A stretch of DNA of 64,000 bases from Ignavibacteriota bacterium (GTDB taxonomy: Bacteria > Bacteroidota > Ignavibacteria > UBA10030 > UBA6906): contig CAWDEM010000008.1 of the NCBI GenBank assembly GCA_963801355.1, forward strand, positions 1,056,001-1,120,000, given 5' to 3'. The translations under genes were made by a program, and so were the position numbers. Positions 50,443-60,115 of the stretch are shown here, piece by piece (position 1 is the first letter of the stretch; the number at the start of each line of letters is the position of its first letter). The notes under the pieces are model-generated. The model did no database searches and was not told the origin of the DNA. It worked only from the letters and a program-made list of their open reading frames with translations.

Positions 50443-52668
50443 CGGATAATTCTGGTTCAGCGCGTATGTCATCGGCCCGGGTTCGCCCGGCTCCACGGAA
50501 ACCAGCGCCTCGGTCGGCCAATTCATCACCAAACGCGCATCAGCGCCAAGTCCCAGTTTTGCAGTCGCGGGGAGCACCGTGGCCGAGAATGCCGGACCTT
50601 TCTTCTGGGCGTTTGCGGGAAAACTATCCTGCGCAACATAGTAGAGATAGATCTTTGTCGCTCCGGGTAGCAGCGTAACCCCTCTCCACTCCCAGTAGAG
50701 ATCGTCTCCCAGAATCGATACAGAATCCACTCTGTCTGCCCCTCCCATGCCGTCAAAAATGTGCTGTAGATTTGGCGCTGAAGCGGAGGGGTACTTGTCA
50801 TCGGTCCACAGCCAGGTATCTGCCGTCGTGAAGAGCGTGTCCCCGGTGGAAGTCGCAATGACCTTGGAGGGATTTGCTCCCAAATCAGAGTACACACCAA
50901 CATTCACTGTGATCGGCGCCGCTGTTGGATTTGTCAGAATATCCTGGATGCGCATGAAGCCGAGCGTGTCACCCTGAGTCGCTGTTGGAACAAAGAACTT
51001 GCGTGTGACGGAAAGCCCATTGACGATCGCCGGTCCGAACACAAACTGCCTGCCGTCAAGTTCAGTCAGAGAGTAGTCGGGTTTGCTGGAAAAGGTCGTG
51101 CCGTTAATCGTCAAGAGGTACGCGTAGGTGTACGCAGAGTTCATCCCGGAGCGGAGCTCTGTTCCACGCCCGATGGTGGCAGGATCATAGAGCATTTCAT
51201 GAATATCGGCGAGTCCTTTGAAGCCTCCCCAGTAGTACACATATGTCGCCTCATTGGGTCTTATCCGCACATAGTACGTTCCGGCAGTTGGAAACCGGTA
51301 ATTGGGATAATAATTCTTGAAGGTGTTGGAGAGTTCGCTGGTGGCGTTGTGTAGAGATATGTTTCCGCTTCCACAACCATGCCCCTCGATTGAGTAGACG
51401 AAGAATCCAATCTCATTTGCCTCCGCAGTGTATGCGTAGAAGTCGGTATCAGGTGCCACAACACCTGCATCCAGACCGGGAAAGAGTGTGGCAATGCCGG
51501 TTTCTCCCCAGGCCCGCGGTGTTGCCTGAGCCTTTGTGTTGTTCGGCTCGTATTCGTCGGGCACAATTGTCTCACCCGTGTAATGTGCTTCCAGAGTATA
51601 AGATCCGCCGGCACCACTCCTGTTGACGACCTGTATGTAGCGGTAGCCCGGCACTGATGCAGCCGAGTAGAAGCCCGGGTATCCGCCGGAATGGGACGTA
51701 ATATGTGTGACGGAATCGGAGCCGTACATGCTGATTGTCATGTCGCCTGGATCACCGGCATTCTTGGCCCTGCTCTCGACCACGAAAATATCCCCGGGCC
51801 ATGTCCAGACTTTGAAATAGTCTGTATCGGCCGGAGCGATTGAGGCCTCAAGCAACTTGCTTTCGTAGTTCACGGGGGTTGCGGCGGCGAAGCAGCTGTT
51901 GGATTCGTTCTCATTGATGAACGCGTCGGGCCGTTCTGCGAGGGCAACGAGTTTCTTCGCACTGAATGTTCCGTGCAATCCGCCGGAGGCGGCGCGGTTC
52001 CACGCAACGGTATCACGTTCATCTTCAAAATGGTACACAGCCACAAGACCGGGCTCGTTGCCTTTGGCTTCATGTTTCCAGAGCGCGGCTATCTCGGATG
52101 CTGAACGGACGACGTTCCAGATCCGGATCTCATCGAGCAGGCCGGAGAACTGATCACCATATGCACTAGCGCCGATTCGGAGATCCACGTTGTTGTTCAC
52201 GAACCGAACGCCGGCAAATGCAATAGACCTCACTTCGCTACCATTAACGTAGAGAGCGTAGCGGTGCGCGATAGTGTCAATGCTTAGTGCGAGATGCATC
52301 CACGTGAGCGTATCGAGAGCAACGCGCGGCTTCCAAGCTTGGTAGTTCGAAAAGGCCAATGTCAGGTCAACACTATCGGTCCGGCCTGTAAGCGACTGGA
52401 TGCCCAGAGAAAAGCCGGCTTTGTAGCCCTTGTCAATAACCGCGCCATATGCGTGTGTGGGCATCGCCAACTTCACCCAGGCCTCGATGGTCAGTTGTGG
52501 TGCAAGATTGAGCGGGGCCGCGTGGGGAATAACCACGTACCCCTTTCCCGCATCGAGAACGGCATTGGAGTTAACCTGTGCGGCCAGTGGTGAAGCGAAG
52601 AGAATGAACACCGGCGCTAAGAACAGAAGGCGCCATCCTTGGAGAGTGCGGGTACTAGAAGAGTTCAT
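50164..52668 (-). CDS. Secreted LamG-like plus PPC-like repeat protein with T9SS CTD
   Basis: TIEAWVK...FSGLLDEIRIWN; EPNNT and DTDYF/DTDFY repeats; YPNPFNP. Confidence 0.75.
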   Translation of the reverse strand: MNSSSTRTLQGWRLLFLAPVFILFASPLAAQVNSNAVLDAGKGYVVIPHAAPLNLAPQLTIEAWVKLAMPTHAYGAVIDKGYKAGFSLGIQSLTGRTDSVDLTLAFSNYQAWKPRVALDTLTWMHLALSIDTIAHRYALYVNGSEVRSIAFAGVRFVNNNVDLRIGASAYGDQFSGLLDEIRIWNVVRSASEIAALWKHEAKGNEPGLVAVYHFEDERDTVAWNRAASGGLHGTFSAKKLVALAERPDAFINENESNSCFAAATPVNYESKLLEASIAPADTDYFKVWTWPGDIFVVESRAKNAGDPGDMTISMYGSDSVTHITSHSGGYPGFYSAASVPGYRYIQVVNRSGAGGSYTLEAHYTGETIVPDEYEPNNTKAQATPRAWGETGIATLFPGLDAGVVAPDTDFYAYTAEANEIGFFVYSIEGHGCGSGNISLHNATSELSNTFKNYYPNYRFPTAGTYYVRIRPNEATYVYYWGGFKGLADIHEMLYDPATIGRGTELRSGMNSAYTYAYLLTINGTTFSSKPDYSLTELDGRQFVFGPAIVNGLSVTRKFFVPTATQGDTLGFMRIQDILTNPTAAPITVNVGVYSDLGANPSKVIATSTGDTLFTTADTWLWTDDKYPSASAPNLQHIFDGMGGADRVDSVSILGDDLYWEWRGVTLLPGATKIYLYYVAQDSFPANAQKKGPAFSATVLPATAKLGLGADARLVMNWPTEALVSVEPGEPGPMTYALNQNYPNPFNPTTVISFQLPAAGMVRLVVYDILGREVSVLVDESKEAGVHKLKFDASGLASGVYLCRMQVRPLASAAGRDSKNGAGPYIDTKKFLLVR

Positions 52669-52907
52669 AGGACCTCCGTGTGAGTCGCTGCCTTGCGCCC
52701 CCTTCCACTCCCACTGGGCTGCTGTGGTGCTTTTCAAAGGGGGGGAAGAGGCCCGTCCTCTCAGGCGGCCCTTTGTTGCACCGCTCTCCGGTGGGAGGGG
52801 CGGCTGAGAAGGGGGATATTCAGCGATGAGTGAATTCTAGGCAGGAACCGGAAGTAGTGCAATCCCGCAAACACGGTATTATTGACAGAATTCTGATTTC
52901 GTGCGTT

Positions 52908-53678
52908 CTAGGCCGTCCGTGCCGCGCCGAAACTGCGAGAGGTCAGGACCACATACGCATCCACAGACATGTCTTCGCTCGTCGCGGCTGTGATCCCCGG
53001 GTCGCCCTCTTGTTTCAACTTCCACTGGTACAGTGCCGATAGGGTCGGCTGCAGGATTTCCCTCAGCGCTCCGAACCGTCCCGATGTCTCGTACCGCTCT
53101 GCGGCCTCCCGACTCTCCCAGATGGTGAAGCTGATGAATTCGAGCGGATCCGAGACGCTCTGCGCGAGCTGGATGGAACAGCAACCCGGCTCCTCTCGAA
53201 GCTCAGGCAGCACGCTGTCCCGGTAGAGGCTGGTGAGTCTTTCCGCCTGCCCCGGCTGGACCAGCATGGACACGATGCGCAGGTAACCGCAGGTCGGCCT
53301 GATGGGTGCTCCGGCGGTCCCGTATTCGGCGGCACCGACGTAGGCCTGGACGACAGGCTCCTCCTTCACGGGAACGTATTCCAGGCGCAGGTCCTCGGAA
53401 AGACGCAAGTCCCAGTTCGTGGAGTCCGAGAAGTAGGGACGGGACACGTCGACAAGTTCGGTGAATAGTCCGCTCTTTTCATATGCGTCCGCGTCGTCCT
53501 TCGATTTCCAGAGGCTCAGGCTTACGGCACAACTCTTTTTGATGGTATTCAACACCAGAGCCGCGTACAAACACCCCGGGGTCCGCGCGAGCGCAGGGAT
53601 GATTTTCGCTGTGTACTCCGCGCTGAATTCCGCGGCGCGATCGGAGTCAACTTGCGTCTGAACGAGCCGTAGATACAT
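52908..53678 (-). CDS. Tandem ABM (antibiotic biosynthesis monooxygenase) domain protein
   Basis: Two repeats of PGC...S.SLW.S...A..YE.SG.F. Confidence 0.8.
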   Translation of the reverse strand: MYLRLVQTQVDSDRAAEFSAEYTAKIIPALARTPGCLYAALVLNTIKKSCAVSLSLWKSKDDADAYEKSGLFTELVDVSRPYFSDSTNWDLRLSEDLRLEYVPVKEEPVVQAYVGAAEYGTAGAPIRPTCGYLRIVSMLVQPGQAERLTSLYRDSVLPELREEPGCCSIQLAQSVSDPLEFISFTIWESREAAERYETSGRFGALREILQPTLSALYQWKLKQEGDPGITAATSEDMSVDAYVVLTSRSFGAARTA

Positions 53679-53730
53679 ACATCACCTCCATGTGCCATGA
53701 GGGGCGCGCCGCTGAGAGCCCAGAGCAACT

Positions 53731-53787
53731 GCCGCCTTCGCCGAGTTTCGAGAGGATCTTGTAGTGGGAAATGACTTTGCCGATCAT
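53731..53787 (-). pseudogene. 19-codon 5' remnant of a Ser/Thr kinase gene
   Basis: Translates MIGKVISHYKILSKLGEGG, nearly identical to the start of the kinase at 58631 ([19 protein letters not shown]). Confidence 0.8.
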
Positions 53788-53794
53788 GGGCTGA

Positions 53795-56020
53795 TTACTT
53801 CAAGATGATTCGTTGCATGGACACATTGGCGGCTATCCCGCCTATCACCGCGCCATAGCTCAACAGAACCCACCACCACAGCTTCCGCCAGGGTGCCGTG
53901 GTCACTTCACCCTCCTCCCAAGCCAGGATGGACCAGGCCAGATGGCCGCGGTGCACGCTCCAGGCATTATAGATAAGGAGCAAGAGCATCGATACCAGCG
54001 CACCCATGACAGTGAAGGCCCACCAGGCTATCACAAGCCAGGGTGGCAAAGGAAGTTGAACGCTCATACTTAGAAGAGATGTAGTGAGTGCGAAGATGCC
54101 CGCTATTCCCAAGTTGGCGGTCACCCAGGTATGCGGGAGCCGCTCAAGGAGAGTGTGCAGGTACCCTTTTTTTGTCGCGAAAGTCAGCAGCAACCCCTGG
54201 AACACGAACCATCCAATGAACAAAGGTAAGCCGAAGAAGAACAAAAGCTGCAAAAGTTCTGAGCCTGATGCCCCTGGGATCAGAATCAACCCGATTGCCG
54301 CCGCAATAAATGCCACGATCGTAGGGATCACATCCCCCGTCGCTTCCACCAGGACCGCCTGCCAGCTACCCGCTTTCCGCTTACGCCCGGCAATCAGCCA
54401 GATCAGAAGACCCAGCGGACCGAGGATGCTGACGACCGGGATCCAAAAGATCAAGCCCTTTTTCTGTTTGATCGAGAAGATGAGCAGCGCTGCCAGGCTG
54501 GCAACCACCAAGCCAAGCCACACTTTGCCAAGCATCTCATAGCGGTCTCTTTGTGCCTGGATACGTTGATGGCGCCGGGCTGCCTCCTGCTGAACGTCTT
54601 CAGGGAACAGCTTGCTCAACGGTCCACCGGCACGCGCGCTGGCGATTTCCTCCGCCACGTTCAAGACGACCGGCCTGTCGAACTGGTAGAAGTAGTAAAG
54701 GTAGACGACCCCGCCCGGCAGGTCGGCGACCAGCGATTCGATCGTCCAACTTCCTCTACCCTCTTGGTGGACCGCATCCAGCACATTGGCGGCATCCTGG
54801 AAGGTCAGCACGCCCCCTTGATTCACCAACTTGCCAAGAAGTCCCTGCGCAGTCTCGTAGCGCGAACAGGGGTAGAAGCCGTTAGCGTGATTGGCGATGT
54901 TGAAATTGGTGGACACCAGGTACCCGTCGCCCTGCGGCTTCCGGGTAAAGACCACCTCGCCGTCTGCTCCGGCGCTGATGATTACCGCGTCGCCGGTGGC
55001 ATCCGCAAACTGCATCTGGTCGTGCATGTACGAATGCCACTGGTGCATCTTGACCCAGGAGATCACATCCTCCACAGTGACGCACTCATGCAAGATGTGG
55101 ATGGGGTAGCTGGAGTAGCCACCTGAGACAGGCTTGCGCTCGAGATGCGGATTCACATCCACGCGTGGCAGACCATTCGCATCATAGGCCAGGCCTTTTT
55201 CGCTTACCCCCTGCTGCACATCGTCGGGTGTGCCGACCCAGATAGCCCCATACGATTGAGCACCGCCTGGATCGACCCAATAGTAGCTGTCGGGGTTGAT
55301 ATAGTCGTCATTACCACCGAAAAAGACCTGCCCTCCCTTCGAAACGGTGAATACTGTACAGCGAGTGGGCAGATCCCCACCACAGGCACTTCCGGCGACG
55401 AGGACGCACAAGGCCAGAGTGGTCACTACCGTCTCTTTAGCCGACCGATTTGCTTTCACGTTGGGCGGCTGAGAACGCACGAGCCAGACAAGACCAACTC
55501 CGGTCACAACGCCGTACACGATAGCATCCAACCCATCGCCGGCACGGAAGTTCATCCAGGCCACCCCGGTCAGCATCCATGCTATCATGCTAAACAATAT
55601 CCAGAGGCTCGCGCGTTGCATGTGCCGGCGGAGTATCCACCACTGCGGCACACCCAGAAACAACCCGAATGTGGCAAGCACCGATCCATATCCCCACATC
55701 CAGTTCAAGTTCGATTCCGACAGCATGGTGGCCTGAACGGTCTGTCCAAAAGGATATCCGACTGCAAATCCAACAGCGCTTGCCACAACGAACCATACCG
55801 GGAGGACACCAACAGCTCGAACGATAGGCCATTGCAGTCCACCCATGACTGCACCCCAGATAAATCCCTTACCTATACGAGCCCAAATTCCTGGCTCACC
55901 CCCCAATAGTCTGGCTGTCCCACTCCCCAAATCATATCCCAGGAACATTGCAGCTATTGAGAGCAGGACGCCGACCAGCCATGGCTTCATTATCATCCAG
56001 GTGTTTGACTGCGTTGCCAT
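53795..56020 (-). CDS. Membrane domain + Ntn-hydrolase (C45/choloylglycine hydrolase-like) + membrane domain fusion
   Basis: CTVFTV...FFGGNDD, GVSEKGL, FADATGDAVII, STNF and RYETA motifs, flanked by multi-TM regions. Confidence 0.7.
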   Translation of the reverse strand: MATQSNTWMIMKPWLVGVLLSIAAMFLGYDLGSGTARLLGGEPGIWARIGKGFIWGAVMGGLQWPIVRAVGVLPVWFVVASAVGFAVGYPFGQTVQATMLSESNLNWMWGYGSVLATFGLFLGVPQWWILRRHMQRASLWILFSMIAWMLTGVAWMNFRAGDGLDAIVYGVVTGVGLVWLVRSQPPNVKANRSAKETVVTTLALCVLVAGSACGGDLPTRCTVFTVSKGGQVFFGGNDDYINPDSYYWVDPGGAQSYGAIWVGTPDDVQQGVSEKGLAYDANGLPRVDVNPHLERKPVSGGYSSYPIHILHECVTVEDVISWVKMHQWHSYMHDQMQFADATGDAVIISAGADGEVVFTRKPQGDGYLVSTNFNIANHANGFYPCSRYETAQGLLGKLVNQGGVLTFQDAANVLDAVHQEGRGSWTIESLVADLPGGVVYLYYFYQFDRPVVLNVAEEIASARAGGPLSKLFPEDVQQEAARRHQRIQAQRDRYEMLGKVWLGLVVASLAALLIFSIKQKKGLIFWIPVVSILGPLGLLIWLIAGRKRKAGSWQAVLVEATGDVIPTIVAFIAAAIGLILIPGASGSELLQLLFFFGLPLFIGWFVFQGLLLTFATKKGYLHTLLERLPHTWVTANLGIAGIFALTTSLLSMSVQLPLPPWLVIAWWAFTVMGALVSMLLLLIYNAWSVHRGHLAWSILAWEEGEVTTAPWRKLWWWVLLSYGAVIGGIAANVSMQRIILK

Positions 56021-56039
56021 TTTTGTCAGTCCTCACTGC

Positions 56040-58631
56040 CTAATGGAATACGTTCTCGATGAACACAAACCTCATTTTCCGATAATTCTCGGTGTAGGCA
56101 ATTTCCTTGCCGTCTCTACTGATACTGAAGAACATGCCGAGACCCGGGAACTTCCTCACCGCGTGGTCAGCACCATCCGGCAGCGATATGCGGTGAAGCT
56201 CCGAGGAACCAAAAGGCACATAGAACATGTCGCGCATGCCCCGAGGAATTTGGGCGTACGAGATCCCTTTGGTCAACCTTCTTGCTCTCTCCATCCCTGA
56301 TGTACTGGATGATGCAGTCGTGGTGATCCACCATCCCTCCCGCCCCGTGCGCCAATCAATCCCGACCACCCAGTTCCCATTCAGCACGGGGATAGCAAAG
56401 ATGGAGTCTTTCGATATTCTCACGCGATCAGGTTGATCGATTGAGATCTTGTGCGTCCCCCCGAATCCCCAAGTGAGGAACTCTTTCTCATTGATCCACG
56501 GGGCGAAAATCCCTCTGCCCATGATTCTTGGCTGTTCCGGTCTGTCAGTCTGAATCAAATAGACCCATGAGGAATCCTGAGGCTCGGTACTGGGACGAGC
56601 AGAGTACGTTATCCACTTTTCATCGGGAGACCAGTAGGGGAATGATTTATAGCTCATGTCATCTGTGAGCTCCCTGATATTCCCTCCGTTTCTGTCCACA
56701 ATGCATATGACCCTTCCGGAGGCTGCGGCATCGGTTCCCTGAGCGGGAAACGCGACATACCTCCCGCTCGGCGAGATCGAAGACATCCCCCTCTGCTGCT
56801 CATCCACGGTAAGCTGTCTGACGCTTCCATCACTGATGCTGGCAATCTTCACTTGTCCGATATCCTGAACTTCAGAGTACATCAGTCTCCTGCCATCCCC
56901 GGCCATCCCCATCGGGGCGTCGGGTCCGCTCCCCCGTGTCACCTGAACGGGCTCTCCACCGCTTGCCGGAATCATCCACAGGTTGATGTTGCCCCCCCTG
57001 TTGGAGGAATAGAAAATGTGGCCTGTCGGACTCCAAAGCGGGTCGTCCGCGATTTGTTGGTCAAATGTCAGCTGACGGTCTGTACCTTTTTGTATGTCAC
57101 GAACCATGATCTCGGAGTATCCCTGAGGGAAGTTCTTTGTCCATACTATGGCTTTCCCATCCGGCGAGAATCTGAAGGCAAAACGAATACCGGTTCTTGC
57201 CTTCATGGTGTCGGCAATAAGGATACTCCGATCCGTTCCGTCCGGATTGCACCCCCACAACTGAATAATCCTCAGGTCTTGCGGATACGTTTGCACAACG
57301 TAACCAAATCGCTGCCCACCCGGCATCCAGGCCGGATTATGCCCATCGCGCACGATCACCCGTCCTGTTCCCCCTAGCGAAGAAATGCTGACAATCTCAT
57401 AGGTGTCCCACGGAGAGGAACGACGGCGCGAATACAAGATCGTGCTCGCATCCGGCGATATTGAGACATTGTCTATGCGAAAGCAGGAATCGTGTGTGAT
57501 TCTCCGCGGTTGACCTTGCGCTACATTCATCATGTAGACATCGAATTTCCCGCGATCATCAGAGGCGGGGAAAATAATCCAGTTACCGTCCTGTGACAAG
57601 TCGGCATAGTCAACATCGTGAAAGGGGAGCTGGACGACACGGGATTTCATATCCGGGTTCAATTCAGGTCCGCGGTGAAGAAGGACAGCCAATACCCCTG
57701 CGCATACAAGAGCACCTATCGCCACGAGCAGAATCGTAAGCCGCTTCTTCGATCGCTGAGGCGTTCCTTGTGAAGGGACCGTCCCCATCTCGTTTGATAG
57801 GTCAGGTGATCTCACAACCCTCGTGGTCTCTTTCTTCAGCCTTCGCAGGTCGATCAGCATCTCGTGAACCGTCTGATACCGTTCTTCGGGATCCTTCTCC
57901 AACGCCCGGCTGAGCACATGCATCAGTTCTGAAGGCGCGTCTGGAACATAGTGTTGCAGGGGCGCGGGCTCCTCGTTCACAATCGAGTACATAATTGCCG
58001 CCTCGTGCTCCCCACGGAACGGGAGATGACCAGTGAGCATTTCATACAGCACAACGCCAAACGAGAAAATGTCCGACCGCGCGTCGACCTCTCCCCCCTG
58101 GATCTGCTCGGGAGCCATGTAGGCCAGTGTCCCGAGGGTGCTCGACGTCTTGGTCAACTTCAGTGATCCCTTCAGCTTGGCCAACCCGAAGTCCATCACC
58201 TTCGCCTGGTTCTTCGTGTTGACCATGATGTTCTCGGCCTTTATATCCCGGTGCACTATTCCGTGCGCGTGGGCTTCCTGGAGGGCTTCCGCAATTTGCA
58301 CCGCATAGGCAATCGCGTCCTGGATCTTCTGCAGGGGGATGATCTCACGGAGCGTTTTCCCCTCTACATATTCCATCACGATGAACTGCTGACCTTCGTG
58401 TTCGGAAATATCATGTATGGTGCAAATATTGGGATGGTTGAGGATGGCGGCGGCCCGAGCTTCCTGAAGAAACCGTGCGCGTTCAGGCGCATCGGCAGCG
58501 AGGCCGAAAGGGAGAAACTTCAGGGCGACGGTACGTGTAAGCTTCAGATCCTCGGCCTTGTAGACCACCCCCATACCACCTTCGCCGAGCTTTTCGAGGA
58601 TCTTGTAGTGGGAAACAACTTTGCCGATCAT
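56040..58631 (-). CDS. Hanks-type Ser/Thr kinase with TM and TolB-like/PD40 beta-propeller
   Basis: HRDIKAEN and DFG motifs; SPDG and WSP repeats. Confidence 0.9.
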   Translation of the reverse strand: MIGKVVSHYKILEKLGEGGMGVVYKAEDLKLTRTVALKFLPFGLAADAPERARFLQEARAAAILNHPNICTIHDISEHEGQQFIVMEYVEGKTLREIIPLQKIQDAIAYAVQIAEALQEAHAHGIVHRDIKAENIMVNTKNQAKVMDFGLAKLKGSLKLTKTSSTLGTLAYMAPEQIQGGEVDARSDIFSFGVVLYEMLTGHLPFRGEHEAAIMYSIVNEEPAPLQHYVPDAPSELMHVLSRALEKDPEERYQTVHEMLIDLRRLKKETTRVVRSPDLSNEMGTVPSQGTPQRSKKRLTILLVAIGALVCAGVLAVLLHRGPELNPDMKSRVVQLPFHDVDYADLSQDGNWIIFPASDDRGKFDVYMMNVAQGQPRRITHDSCFRIDNVSISPDASTILYSRRRSSPWDTYEIVSISSLGGTGRVIVRDGHNPAWMPGGQRFGYVVQTYPQDLRIIQLWGCNPDGTDRSILIADTMKARTGIRFAFRFSPDGKAIVWTKNFPQGYSEIMVRDIQKGTDRQLTFDQQIADDPLWSPTGHIFYSSNRGGNINLWMIPASGGEPVQVTRGSGPDAPMGMAGDGRRLMYSEVQDIGQVKIASISDGSVRQLTVDEQQRGMSSISPSGRYVAFPAQGTDAAASGRVICIVDRNGGNIRELTDDMSYKSFPYWSPDEKWITYSARPSTEPQDSSWVYLIQTDRPEQPRIMGRGIFAPWINEKEFLTWGFGGTHKISIDQPDRVRISKDSIFAIPVLNGNWVVGIDWRTGREGWWITTTASSSTSGMERARRLTKGISYAQIPRGMRDMFYVPFGSSELHRISLPDGADHAVRKFPGLGMFFSISRDGKEIAYTENYRKMRFVFIENVFH

Positions 58632-58853
58632 GGGAATCTCCACGGGCGTGAATGATCCATGCGGCACAGGGAAGCCAACCGGACGCCGGTAATGTACAGA
58701 GGGGTGGCTCCAGAGTCAACTGTCCGGGGCTTCATCTTGGGCACTTCATCTTGGGCACAGCAGTCCGACGGCACACAGAGCGACCTGGGATTTCCTTGCT
58801 TTTCACCTACTGGAGAAGTCCTTAAGGGCGTCTCCGTGACCTCGCAGCCCGTA

Positions 58854-59780
58854 TCATTTCGTCAAGCGCTTGATATAGGCAGGCACTGCCGGGTCGTTTT
58901 TGAAGAAGCTTCCTGGCTTGCCTTGAGACAATGCCCATCGATCCAGCCACGATATTCCGTAATTTCCATACACCGTAACAGGCGTCAGGTACGCTCCGTC
59001 CTCAAGAGCTGCCTCGATACCTACAAAACGATAGCCGTTGCTTCTGCACACAACCGCCAGCGAATCGAGATAATCCGCGTTGAGCCAGCTTGCATGAATT
59101 AGCAGAATCTGGCTGATAGCGCGCCCGAAGAGCTCTTGTGCCTGATGCTCGAAGTAACGCAATTTATCTTGCATGTAAGCGACGTAGTCCCGGCCGATTT
59201 GTGCAGCGAGGCTCGAATCCCCTCTGAGTTTTGCCCGCTGGTATGCAACTGCAAACAGGTAATCATCATTGTCGATGGTGACTGGAGCAGCGGTGTAGCC
59301 CCGTTCTGCAATGAAGTCGTTCAGCGAGTCCGATCTCGTCTTCGTACTGCCGGTGTGCAAATATGGATGCCGGAAATACTGCAACCGCCTGCCGGTTTTC
59401 TGCAGCAATGCTTTTGTTACAGATTCGCCTTTGATGATGTCCTCAAAGTACTCTCCGCAGGAAACAGTATTGAAATCCGGATGAGAGAATGTATGATTTC
59501 CGATCTCCAAACCGCACTCTATCCAGCGATCCAGAAGCGACACCTGAAAACTGATCAGGCCGGTCCTGCTGTACAGCTTCCTTTCGTTGACGAAACCTAT
59601 CGCGGGGATATGATTGCTGACCAGCGAACGAACCAATTTGTCGACAATGCCCTTTTGAAAACTCGTGTCATTCTTTCCATAGCTCACAATCGGCAAATCG
59701 TCAATCGACACACAGAGTTGCTTCGTCTGGCCGATCGCCATGGCAGAAATGACAATGACCAGTGCAATAACCTTCTTCAT
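58854..59780 (-). CDS. Polysaccharide deacetylase (CE4/NodB)
   Basis: SIDDLP, GNHTFSHP, YFRHPYL and ILLIH motifs. Confidence 0.9.
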   Translation of the reverse strand: MKKVIALVIVISAMAIGQTKQLCVSIDDLPIVSYGKNDTSFQKGIVDKLVRSLVSNHIPAIGFVNERKLYSRTGLISFQVSLLDRWIECGLEIGNHTFSHPDFNTVSCGEYFEDIIKGESVTKALLQKTGRRLQYFRHPYLHTGSTKTRSDSLNDFIAERGYTAAPVTIDNDDYLFAVAYQRAKLRGDSSLAAQIGRDYVAYMQDKLRYFEHQAQELFGRAISQILLIHASWLNADYLDSLAVVCRSNGYRFVGIEAALEDGAYLTPVTVYGNYGISWLDRWALSQGKPGSFFKNDPAVPAYIKRLTK

Positions 59781-60066
59781 TGTGCAGCATCCTGGGTGCT
59801 GCCGTGCAAGAGGGTGCCTCTGCATAAATGCTGCCAGATGACTGATGGTTTTGTCAATTGTCTCCTTGGATCCCGTGCGAGGCACAAATGGACTTCCGGA
59901 TTCGCACGAAGAGGCCGCCTGCACGCAGTTTCTGCCATGGGATTCGTAGGAAATGTAGCAGAGAATTCCGGAATCTGCAAGCACGTCATGATACCGTATT
60001 AGCGGCAACACCGGCTTGGCGGAGCGTCATTGCACACTCCAATCGGCGGAGTGTGTCGTGATACAC

Positions 60067-60096
60067 AAAAGGCCCAGTGTGATGCTGAGCCTTCTG
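60067..60096 (-). terminator. Rho-independent terminator candidate
   Basis: Minus strand aaggctcag-catcaca-ctgggccttttg, just after the stop at 60116. Confidence 0.6.
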
Positions 60097-60115
60097 CATA
60101 TCGATGGTGCAAAGT

